From a virus (lineage: Duplodnaviria > Caudoviricetes), in the IMG/VR virus record IMGVR_UViG_3300030060_004467, positions 1,335 through 65,334 of that record: a stretch of 64,000 nucleotides of DNA, one strand, 5' to 3'. Position 1 is the first letter of the stretch. Each line of letters begins with the position of its first letter. A model generated the notes under the pieces. It was not told the DNA's origin. It searched no databases and was given only the letters and a program-made list of their open reading frames with translations. This document shows positions 46,052-55,571 of this stretch, one piece after another. The position numbers were made by a program, and so were the translations under genes.

Positions 46052-49000
46052 TGATTGAAAAGAAAAGACCAAGGAAGCTCAACTCTTCAAAAGATTCAAG
46101 AGTTAGGGGCTCGGATGAGATGTATGATGCGGTCAACATTCAGGTTTCGTCTGATTATGAAGGCGATGGCTCTGATGTTGATAGCAATCCTGGCGGTAAT
46201 CTAGGTGTTATAAAAGCAGCTCAAGGAAATCAGGTTGAGACTTTATTTGAGTATTTAGGTGAGCTCGATGGTTTTGATTCTACAACTGCATCATCGTTAA
46301 GAGTCTTAGGTAGTGTAGTTGATAATGAGAATGATATCATCTACTATTTTGTATGGTCACCTAAAGCTGTAGAGCATGGGATATATGCTTACGATCCAAA
46401 CAATTACATAGATAATCTTGCCAGCAGCCTATTGTCATTAACGTTACCTGACGCTGGACCTCAGGTAAAAGCAATTTATAAATCACCGCTTTTAAATTTT
46501 CAATCTGATGGATTTATAAAGGCTGATGTAGTCAACCTAACACCGCCATCTAGCGACTTTATAGTTGATACAGATGCAAATAATAAAGATATTAGCTGGC
46601 CCACTCTATATTTTACAGATGGAGTAAACGAACCCAGAAAGGTAGATGTAGTTTTTGCTCGTGCTAGTATGTCAAATAGCCCTATAGTTTCTCAGGCTGT
46701 AGATATTTTTGATGGCGGTTCGTATGATTCCTTTAGTTCCGACAAAGGAATTAGAAGATCAGACTATTTTGATCAGCAGGACTTTCTTCATGTGTGCCCC
46801 AAAACTCCAGTTCATCCAATAAAAGCATCGTTTAAAAACGATTTTGATACACGGACATCGAACTTCGAGGGTATATCTGGATATCAGTTTGCTTATCAAT
46901 ATCTGTATACAGACGGACGAGAATCTGCCCTATCAACCTACTCCGATATTATTGTCCCGCCTGCGTATCTACAGCAGGGGGCTAAAGCATCTGCAAATCT
47001 AAGTCAAACTAATATATGCAGATTAAAAATACCTAGAGGCTCTGTAATAGATTCAAATAACTTAGACGAAAATGGTCTTCTAACTACAGCTGCTATTGAT
47101 GGCACTGATGACACTCTAAGTTTGATAAATAGATACATTCCAAAAAATGTTGAATCTATTAGGATCTTAATTAGGGAGGGCAATACTGGAGCTTTTAGTG
47201 TTATTGATAAAATTAAGGCTAATACTCAGGCGACTCAGAAAAATGATGATGATCGTACCAGCCCAGTGGGTTTGTATCAAGATCTCATATATGAGTTTAG
47301 AAACGATAGATTAAAAACTGGATTTCCAAAGTCAGAGGCAGACAAGTCATTCGATAATGTACCTCAAGTGGCTGGCGCTCAAGTCATAGCGTCAGACAGA
47401 TTGATGTATGGCGATTACATTACTGGGTATGACACCATAGATGCAGAGGCCACCGCTACTATAACGTACAACAATAGACCAGAGGATTTTAAATCTATAG
47501 ATATAACGGTAAGACCTACTATTGATATTTTAAATCAAGACCTTGATGTTAACAATAGAAAAACTGGTATATACTTTGATGTAGATAGTTTTCCATCAGA
47601 TGAGGAGGGGTTGTCCAACAATACAACCATTGATTTTACTTTCACGGTAAGGCCAAAGAGGAATTGGCATATCTACAACTCTAATGGGTCGTTTCACGGG
47701 TCTAGACATGTAGGCAATATATCTCCAGATCCTATTGAAGGCACTGAGGATAATGTTGGCAATGCAAATGAAATAATAGAGCCATATCAGGTATCTCCAA
47801 ACCTAGCGAGCGATGGTATAAGCGGTGTCAACGGGGTAAATAATGAACCGTCTGCCACTGGCGGTCAGATAGGATCTAGTCGATCAAGGACTAATAATCT
47901 ATCCAACACGGGCTTAAATACTATCTGGGGGCGAAACAATGGTGTCACCCTGGGTGGATTCCAACCAAAATGGAAGACGGTAGCATCACAGGCTGGCGTT
48001 AATCCTAACGACGATGGAACAATAAGTACATCGACTGTTGTTTCTGGTTCAGGTTCTGAGGTGCCAGTAAGGTATGGCACATCGGCAGCAAACCCATTTA
48101 TTCTTAGAGGTAGACCGCTTCTATTTAGTCTAAGCCTAAGGTTAAAGACAGATCTAGCTGGGCCTAATTACAAAAAAATACTTAGAGAGTTTATAACAAG
48201 GGCTATTACATGGGATAATGACCCTGACACTCAAGCCAGTCACTTTGATGATCCTAATTTTTATGATGAAAATGGAGTATCACCGTTCTTAGAGATTTTA
48301 GATATTAAGAATGAATATTCATATTCTATTGATGAAGGTATTGATGGTGGTGACGCTAATAGCTCCATTGACGACGTAACTGACGGTAGTAATCAGATTA
48401 ATGTGACCACAAATGGTGATGACAGAAAGCATCTTATCATAGCCGTAGGTAACGGTAATATTGTCAATGAAAATGCATCATCGAGCGATTTAGAAAACCT
48501 ACCGCCTTGTGGTTATTTTATAGTAAACAAAGCTAGACCGACCTTTAGACTTACCGCTAGGGAGGACCTTCCAAACTCAGCCACCTACGGTGTATTTCAG
48601 ATTGATCTTAGAAGTCTTGAGCAGGTAGAGACTCTGACGTGTGTGCCTTTTGTAAACTCTGACTTATGGGAGGATAAGGGCATGGTGTTAAATGCTGAGG
48701 ATGGTCCGTCTCTAGGGCCAGAGAATAGTCAATATTGGGCAGAACCCAGTATTGTAGGATTAGGTAATTTTGCAAAACCAGATAATTGGGGACTAAGGGA
48801 TGTAAGTGTTTGGCAGTTTCAAACTATGGTTGTTGAGTCATGGTACTGCTTTTCCAAGCAATATCTGAACAGAAGGCCCATGCCAGAGTTTTTGTTTACA
48901 TCACTATACTCTGACTATGCTAGGTATATGAATGGTCCTTATCAGTTATCTGAACAACAGATTTCAGATCTTGGCCTTTCCGATACCGACCCAACTATCA

Positions 49001-52000
49001 CTGGAAACCCTGGTGATTTAAACCCAGAGGTAACTAACAATGGAGTTCTTAAAAATGCAGCTGTATTAAAGCAGAGTACGATTGCTTTTTTAATTCAGAA
49101 CAATGCTGGTGGGCTGGGCGGTGAAACTGACAGCGCTCAAGCAAAGCTCCACTTCCGTCACAATATGAGACTTAGAGTTGGTGGCGATGGATTTTATCCT
49201 GGATTTCAAAACTACACCGTAGCGGATACTCAGGGTGCCTTCTACCCTGAGATTACACCCGATGAGGATAGATACGAAAAAACTAGAGCTAGAATTATTG
49301 GATGGATTGATAGCGGTCAAGGATATCTAGGCGATGAATCAGCTAACATATACAACACTGGAGGTCCAGGTGAGGAAATATATTCAGAAAATGATGCAAA
49401 TAAAGGATTTACTATTCTTGATGGTGCAGGTGGTATAGGGGCAAACCCAACTGGCGGTGAGGCAACACTTCGATACGACAAGGGCCTTAGATGCACTATG
49501 GGTTCGGTCAATGGCATGATGATCTTCATGGGATATATAGGCCCAAGAGAGACCATACTGCCTAGTAAAATAAAAAACGGTGCTAAGCCACCATTTGATC
49601 TTGACGGTTCGGCAGGCATTGGAGATGCTAGATATTCAAACTATTTTAATAAGTTTGGTCAGGACTCTATGATGCCATTTCTGGGTCAGTTTAATTACAC
49701 TAAGCTGAGTCCAGATGGCGGGTTTATGTTTAAGCCAGGTCAATGGCCTAATAACGACGTAAAAGCGCTGTACTATACTACACCTCTAAATCTATCTCCA
49801 GGTGAAGCGGGATATCAGGATGTATTAGATGAGGATGATGGTGGATACTCAAATCACGACTGGAGGGATGACTTTAGAGATCAGATAGCAAGAAATCAGC
49901 CTGTGCTTGATGTGCTAGATGTTGGTGGTGGGACTATTTTGGCCGATGAGATAAGATCTGGTGCTAGATCGTTTAAGACTAGGGCCAATCACTCCTTTGG
50001 TATTGTGTACTATGATGAGCGAGGCAGGGCTGGAAAGGTATCACCTATATCAATAGATGGCAAAGATTCCTTATATGTACAGGGGTATGACGAGAGAGAG
50101 GGCGAAGACGGTAGAGGTAGGGTATCAATAAAACTAACCCTTGATGATGCAATGATCCCATCATGGGCTCGTCATTATCAGATCGTATATGGCGGTAATT
50201 CTAGCGTATTGAATTTTGTTCAATACTCAACGGGTGGGGCTTTTGTTTCTACAGCAAACGAAGGGGAGGCCGAGCAGGATAGTCAGAATATATATGTATC
50301 ACTAAACTATCTTCAAGGCAATAAGGACGTTTCATATACTGAGGCGTTTGGTGCTGTATCACCATCTGGTACTAAGCAGATGTATGTCCACTCCCCAGGC
50401 GATAAGCTAAGAGTTATATCTTACTTTTTGTCAAATCCATTTAATGAGGATGATGGGACTATACAGGGTAGGGTCTTCCCCGAAAACTATGAGTTTGAAA
50501 TTGTTGGTGTAGAGACGCTATCTGCTAATCCAGAATCTAATCCTTTACGTAGAGCATTTAGCAATTCATCTGACTCAGCCGTTATGTCTGACGCTAAGAC
50601 GGGTCAGTTCCTTGTGTTAAAAAACAACCCGTTTGCAGCAGGATTCTCATACAATGATGTAAAGAACGGAGAGAACGATCCATCATCTAACAGTCACTTT
50701 TGGAACAATATCTGCGTTGTAGAGATATTCTCACCTTTAAAAGAAGCCGCTGACGATGATCAAAGACTATTCTTTGAGACTGGTCAGGTGTACGACATAG
50801 GAGTTTCTGATGGATCTATTCAAATACCTATTGATGAAACCTTTCCTGCTGCAGGATCTAATTACTACAAGACCAACCCAGTGCTTCTTGAAAAGGGTGA
50901 TGTATGGTTCAGAAGGGTGCCACTAGCGGTGCCTAAATTTGATACAGATCCAGACTCAGATACGTTTGGTAGATTTAGAAATCTTATCACATACGATAAG
51001 GACAATGAGATAGGCAGCACCCCTAGATTTGAAAATTACTTCTTAGAGACGCAGGCGTTTAACGATACGTTCTCAGGCAATAATGTTCTGTCTAAAGGAA
51101 AGCCTAATATCATTGACGATGATTTTGTGTCTGGCAGAAAGAAGGCCTCTATTACATTTTCTGACAAGCATGTGTACGGTAAGCCAAAGGTTAGATTTAG
51201 CTCTTTTAAAGAGTTGAGTTTCAAGGACTTACCAGCAGAGCACGGACCTATCAGGTACCTGATGGACAATTACGATTCTATCGTAATGATTCAGGAATCT
51301 AAAACCAGCTCTATACCTGTAGAAAGATCAATCCTCAGCACAGCCGATGGGTCCAACAGTCTTGTTCAAAACAAAGAACCGCTAGGTATTCAAACTTTTT
51401 ATGCTGGTGATTACGGGTGTGACAAAAATCCAGAGTCGGTAATTAAGGCTGGGGGTGCTATATATTTTGCATCACCTAAGACATCAGAGGTGTACCGCCT
51501 CTCACCTACCTCTGGTATAGAGGTTATATCATCTATGGGTCTGAAGTCTGAATTTTATAAGACGTTTAGGTATGTAAAGTCTTTGTCAAACGACTCTAGA
51601 GTTTATGTGCCCACAGGGTACGACCCATTGAACGACGAGTTTTTAATTACTGTAAAGACAGAGAATTTTATTAATGTGCCAGGGGTCGTGAAGGAGTCAC
51701 AGGGGGTTCTAGGCCCTGTTGTTGAGGATCAGGGTGATCAAATTTTTGAAACAGGGGGTGAAATAACCACGGGATGCACATTTGATGAATCGACCAACTG
51801 GAATCCTTTTGCCCTTCAGGATGACGGAAGCTGCTTTATTCTTGGATGTAACGATGCCACAGCAATAAATTATTTGACACCATCAGAGCTATCAATACCT
51901 GTCATTTCTTGTGACGATGGTTCTACTACGACATATGACAAGCAAACATATCAGAATCCCCCCGACTGTGCTTGCAGATTCTTTAACCCATGCATATTTG

Positions 52001-53259
52001 ATGCATTCTCACTCATACCAGACGGTATAGTTAATTTTAAGGATATTAGTGAGTACTACAATGACCTGTCAGGATTGTCTGCCACAGTGCCTACGTATAC
52101 CACAGACTTTGCTCCAAATCAGGGGCTGGAGATATTCTCTCCAGGCGTTATAAATAATCTGGGTCTTGACTTTGTATGGACCGATGGATTGGGTGTTTTA
52201 CCGCCTACATCTCTCAATGCTTACGACAGCTGGGACTTTGAGAATGATGTATTTAATATAGACTCATACCGCTTTGCTGTTGCTGCCTATACAGAGGGCC
52301 CAGATATGGATGGATATAGTGCTGGCGACCCAGCGTTTCAGGGTACTGTTCAGCAGATATGGGACGATTCTCCCGATGTGGAGCTACAGTCCGAGGGGTG
52401 GTGGAAGGATGTAGACACTGGTCAGCCAGTATGGTTAGCCCCGTGGTCATTGGCATCTCATAATCCTTATGACGTAACTGAAAATCTAAGTTCTTTTAAT
52501 GGGTCTCCAGATGTATGCGACTATGTAGGTTGTAAAGATCCTAATGCCTTAAATTTCGACTCGTCCGTATCTGTATCGTGCTCTAGCGAACTACCGACAG
52601 GGAATCCTGATGATGCCTTCAGGACTGATGGTGATGACGATGGTGCTGGCTTTGACTGTCCTGACGGTAGTAGTCCTTGTTTTTGCGGGGAGTGTCCTGG
52701 AGTTGGCGAAGATTGCTTCGATACATGCTGTCCTGAAGCCGTGGTTACATTTAACTTTTACTGCATAGATTTCGTAACTTCTGAAACATACGGATACACA
52801 AGCATAGGTATCAACGATAATGACTATGGATTACAGGAGTATCTTGCAACTACTTCTGTTTGGGATACTTGCTCTGCGGCAGGTCCAGATAATCCAGCTG
52901 GTGTTGGTGAGTTTGATATATATACCACGAATCCAGAAGGCTTGCAAAACGAGGTTGTTGCTCACTTTGCGCCAGGTATACCAATAAATGATTATGATCA
53001 ATGTGGATCTCAGACCGTTCAGCTTAATATTGTAAACACCACAGATGCTTGCGATGAAGATGACCCTGTTTTAGAGGAGGAGGTCGATTACTACTACTGG
53101 ATTGACTGCTGTCAGTATAAATGCACACCAGATGATATGAATCCTGACGGAGGGGTGTCAGATTGTTATAATGAGAGATATCCATCTACAGAGTATAGCG
53201 AGGGGGATCTAAACCCAGATTTTGATTACAACCCTAACCTAAGCGGTGATCAGCCTTAA
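46051..53259 (+). CDS. Tail stabilisation (P22 gp10-like) protein with large insertions and Cys-rich C-terminal extension
   Basis: LYFTDGVNEPRK, QFAYQY, RLMYGDY, FGIVYYDERGR, YGCDKNPES and GYDP motifs. Confidence 0.75.
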   Translation: MIEKKRPRKLNSSKDSRVRGSDEMYDAVNIQVSSDYEGDGSDVDSNPGGNLGVIKAAQGNQVETLFEYLGELDGFDSTTASSLRVLGSVVDNENDIIYYFVWSPKAVEHGIYAYDPNNYIDNLASSLLSLTLPDAGPQVKAIYKSPLLNFQSDGFIKADVVNLTPPSSDFIVDTDANNKDISWPTLYFTDGVNEPRKVDVVFARASMSNSPIVSQAVDIFDGGSYDSFSSDKGIRRSDYFDQQDFLHVCPKTPVHPIKASFKNDFDTRTSNFEGISGYQFAYQYLYTDGRESALSTYSDIIVPPAYLQQGAKASANLSQTNICRLKIPRGSVIDSNNLDENGLLTTAAIDGTDDTLSLINRYIPKNVESIRILIREGNTGAFSVIDKIKANTQATQKNDDDRTSPVGLYQDLIYEFRNDRLKTGFPKSEADKSFDNVPQVAGAQVIASDRLMYGDYITGYDTIDAEATATITYNNRPEDFKSIDITVRPTIDILNQDLDVNNRKTGIYFDVDSFPSDEEGLSNNTTIDFTFTVRPKRNWHIYNSNGSFHGSRHVGNISPDPIEGTEDNVGNANEIIEPYQVSPNLASDGISGVNGVNNEPSATGGQIGSSRSRTNNLSNTGLNTIWGRNNGVTLGGFQPKWKTVASQAGVNPNDDGTISTSTVVSGSGSEVPVRYGTSAANPFILRGRPLLFSLSLRLKTDLAGPNYKKILREFITRAITWDNDPDTQASHFDDPNFYDENGVSPFLEILDIKNEYSYSIDEGIDGGDANSSIDDVTDGSNQINVTTNGDDRKHLIIAVGNGNIVNENASSSDLENLPPCGYFIVNKARPTFRLTAREDLPNSATYGVFQIDLRSLEQVETLTCVPFVNSDLWEDKGMVLNAEDGPSLGPENSQYWAEPSIVGLGNFAKPDNWGLRDVSVWQFQTMVVESWYCFSKQYLNRRPMPEFLFTSLYSDYARYMNGPYQLSEQQISDLGLSDTDPTITGNPGDLNPEVTNNGVLKNAAVLKQSTIAFLIQNNAGGLGGETDSAQAKLHFRHNMRLRVGGDGFYPGFQNYTVADTQGAFYPEITPDEDRYEKTRARIIGWIDSGQGYLGDESANIYNTGGPGEEIYSENDANKGFTILDGAGGIGANPTGGEATLRYDKGLRCTMGSVNGMMIFMGYIGPRETILPSKIKNGAKPPFDLDGSAGIGDARYSNYFNKFGQDSMMPFLGQFNYTKLSPDGGFMFKPGQWPNNDVKALYYTTPLNLSPGEAGYQDVLDEDDGGYSNHDWRDDFRDQIARNQPVLDVLDVGGGTILADEIRSGARSFKTRANHSFGIVYYDERGRAGKVSPISIDGKDSLYVQGYDEREGEDGRGRVSIKLTLDDAMIPSWARHYQIVYGGNSSVLNFVQYSTGGAFVSTANEGEAEQDSQNIYVSLNYLQGNKDVSYTEAFGAVSPSGTKQMYVHSPGDKLRVISYFLSNPFNEDDGTIQGRVFPENYEFEIVGVETLSANPESNPLRRAFSNSSDSAVMSDAKTGQFLVLKNNPFAAGFSYNDVKNGENDPSSNSHFWNNICVVEIFSPLKEAADDDQRLFFETGQVYDIGVSDGSIQIPIDETFPAAGSNYYKTNPVLLEKGDVWFRRVPLAVPKFDTDPDSDTFGRFRNLITYDKDNEIGSTPRFENYFLETQAFNDTFSGNNVLSKGKPNIIDDDFVSGRKKASITFSDKHVYGKPKVRFSSFKELSFKDLPAEHGPIRYLMDNYDSIVMIQESKTSSIPVERSILSTADGSNSLVQNKEPLGIQTFYAGDYGCDKNPESVIKAGGAIYFASPKTSEVYRLSPTSGIEVISSMGLKSEFYKTFRYVKSLSNDSRVYVPTGYDPLNDEFLITVKTENFINVPGVVKESQGVLGPVVEDQGDQIFETGGEITTGCTFDESTNWNPFALQDDGSCFILGCNDATAINYLTPSELSIPVISCDDGSTTTYDKQTYQNPPDCACRFFNPCIFDAFSLIPDGIVNFKDISEYYNDLSGLSATVPTYTTDFAPNQGLEIFSPGVINNLGLDFVWTDGLGVLPPTSLNAYDSWDFENDVFNIDSYRFAVAAYTEGPDMDGYSAGDPAFQGTVQQIWDDSPDVELQSEGWWKDVDTGQPVWLAPWSLASHNPYDVTENLSSFNGSPDVCDYVGCKDPNALNFDSSVSVSCSSELPTGNPDDAFRTDGDDDGAGFDCPDGSSPCFCGECPGVGEDCFDTCCPEAVVTFNFYCIDFVTSETYGYTSIGINDNDYGLQEYLATTSVWDTCSAAGPDNPAGVGEFDIYTTNPEGLQNEVVAHFAPGIPINDYDQCGSQTVQLNIVNTTDACDEDDPVLEEEVDYYYWIDCCQYKCTPDDMNPDGGVSDCYNERYPSTEYSEGDLNPDFDYNPNLSGDQP

Positions 53260-53270
53260 TATCATATAAG

Positions 53271-54641
53271 ATGAAGACTTTTGCATTTAAAAACTCTCAG
53301 AAATACTGGTCTACTAGGTACTCGTTTACGGCTAGAAACTACGCCACCTTAGATCGTGATATGTTCACATCCCCTGGGGGGAGGGAGATATATAAGCATG
53401 GTCCAGATGCCGATAAGAATACATTTTTTGGACAAGCCTACGGCTCAAGTATAAACTTTACGTTTAACAACGATCCAGGTCAAAATAAGATATACAAAAA
53501 CATATCATTGGAGGGATCTTTTGGTGATGGTGGATCGAATGTGTCTGGTTCTTTTAAGGCTAATGACAGCACCGATTCCACACAGGCTAGACCATCGGTT
53601 ATATCTTCATGGAAAGAAAAGGGTGCTCATATACACGCAACCCTATCTAGCTCTGTAAAAAGCGGTAGGGCTAACATAGAGCCTGTGGGTGTGTTTCGTA
53701 GAGCTCATCAGATATTTCACCCCAAAAATGTAGATGCTTTAAAAGATTTAATTAATGGAGAGCCAGATAATCCAACACTAGATGCTTTTGGTCCATTTGC
53801 ATTCCCTATGGGTATGTATGAATCATTTAAAAATGCTGATATAGATTACAACGGTATTTTTGATATAGATAATCTGTGGAAAAGTCCTTTTGAATCCAGA
53901 TATCTGTTCTTTGAGATTGATTTCTTTCCAGGATATAGAGGATCTTCAAAAAAAGTAAAGTATATCATAGAGGGGTCTGGCAGTGGTGCTATTCAGGATT
54001 TTTATGGACAAAATTTTGCATCAGTAAATGACCTGTTCGTAAGTGACAAAAAGATTTGTCAGTATGCATTTAACAAGGGGACACTAGATTTCAGGAAAAA
54101 AACCTACAATTCAGATACTGGTCAGTATGATGTAGATATCGACTCTGCTCTATCGGTAGATGGAACTTCAAAGAAGGGTGGTATTCTTGTTTACACCAAT
54201 GCAGATATACAAACAGGATCAGCGGACGTTTTTGGTGATTTTGATTTTGATGGCAATGTGGGCGTCAGTGACCTGTTGCTACTGCTGACTGCTTACGGAT
54301 ATGGTGAAGGTGAGTCCCTATTTGATGCGATTTTTGACTCCAATGATGACGGAAATATAGGTGTGTCAGACATTCTTGCGTTTTTATCCAATTTTGGTCA
54401 ACAGGACCTTAATGTGGAAGAGAGGGATATATCTGATTTTGTTAATGATTTAAATAGTCTTGAGGATATATTGAGTGAAAGTCTCATTGTATATGCCGTA
54501 ACCCCTACCTCGGTAAATGGAGAGGCTGCTAGAGGTAACTATGCTGATGTTAGTCTTTCGTTTTCAAAAGACAATCCAAATTTCGAGCTCGATGTTGTAA
54601 ATCTTGATTATGAACCCACCCAGCTCGATCATAGCAGATAA
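53271..54641 (+). CDS. Tail protein resembling the C-terminal part of the stabilisation protein, with dockerin-like insert
   Basis: W.TRYSF, KIYKNISLEG and RGNYA motifs; two DxDxDGxVGVSD loops. Confidence 0.6.
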   Translation: MKTFAFKNSQKYWSTRYSFTARNYATLDRDMFTSPGGREIYKHGPDADKNTFFGQAYGSSINFTFNNDPGQNKIYKNISLEGSFGDGGSNVSGSFKANDSTDSTQARPSVISSWKEKGAHIHATLSSSVKSGRANIEPVGVFRRAHQIFHPKNVDALKDLINGEPDNPTLDAFGPFAFPMGMYESFKNADIDYNGIFDIDNLWKSPFESRYLFFEIDFFPGYRGSSKKVKYIIEGSGSGAIQDFYGQNFASVNDLFVSDKKICQYAFNKGTLDFRKKTYNSDTGQYDVDIDSALSVDGTSKKGGILVYTNADIQTGSADVFGDFDFDGNVGVSDLLLLLTAYGYGEGESLFDAIFDSNDDGNIGVSDILAFLSNFGQQDLNVEERDISDFVNDLNSLEDILSESLIVYAVTPTSVNGEAARGNYADVSLSFSKDNPNFELDVVNLDYEPTQLDHSR

Positions 54642-54659
54642 TTCACTAATTTTGCAATC

Positions 54660-55571
54660 ATGAGGATAACTAGTAATCCAAATCGCGAGGACAAACGCAA
54701 AACATATCAAGACGGTACTGGATTAATGAATCTCGTTAATCCAGGCGAGGGTCAGACTGGGCTCTTTGGTTACATCTCTCCACTGTTAGGTATTGCAGGT
54801 GAGGTTCAGATGAGGAATATGCCTAAGCTAGAGGCCGAGGCACTTGCTTCAGATGTAGATAGTAAAAAAAGATTACTTGAGAGGGCTGCGGTTCAGCCTG
54901 AGGTAAGCAGGCTGGGTCTAGAGAATTTACAAAGAAATATAGAGAGATCACAGGAGGAGGATGCATCTAGTCTATCGACTTTGATTGAGCAGGGCATGAG
55001 CCCGCAGGACGCTGCAAATTTTGTTGCCAATAGAGCAAATCAGAGAGATCAACAGCTTACTGCAGCTCTTATGCAGGATGATGCTCAAAGTAATGCCAGG
55101 GCTTTAGCGCAGCAGCAAGCTACAGACGCTGCATTCGCTAATCTTGAGCAGTCTAAGTTGGCTGCTGAGCAATTTGATATACTTGGTCAGAAGCAGGCTA
55201 ACATTGATTCTTTGTTTGCATTTGGAACTCAGGCTGCAAATATCGAGGGTCTAATAAATCCACAAGCAGCTAGTAGTGATAATGATGAAGAAAATACAAG
55301 GAGTGCAAAGCTGTCCGAGAGAGGTTACAAACATGGAGGTATCACACCTGGGCCTCATGATCACGACGTACTCAACCTAATAATTATGCACGAGGACGGA
55401 ACTCCCGCCCTTGACAGTGACGGTGATGAGATGCATGTTACTGGTAGTGAGGCTATTATACCAGATTACATCTTTGAGGAACTTATGGCAGCGGCTAAGT
55501 CTGGCGATAAAAACGCTCTGTTCGAAATCTTTATGGATGAGATTGCTACGGAGAAAAGATTTCAAGTATAA
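54660..55571 (+). CDS. Putative internal virion (ejection) protein
   Basis: Gln/Ala-rich coil with GGITPGPHDH and TGSEAII motifs. Confidence 0.55.
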   Translation: MRITSNPNREDKRKTYQDGTGLMNLVNPGEGQTGLFGYISPLLGIAGEVQMRNMPKLEAEALASDVDSKKRLLERAAVQPEVSRLGLENLQRNIERSQEEDASSLSTLIEQGMSPQDAANFVANRANQRDQQLTAALMQDDAQSNARALAQQQATDAAFANLEQSKLAAEQFDILGQKQANIDSLFAFGTQAANIEGLINPQAASSDNDEENTRSAKLSERGYKHGGITPGPHDHDVLNLIIMHEDGTPALDSDGDEMHVTGSEAIIPDYIFEELMAAAKSGDKNALFEIFMDEIATEKRFQV

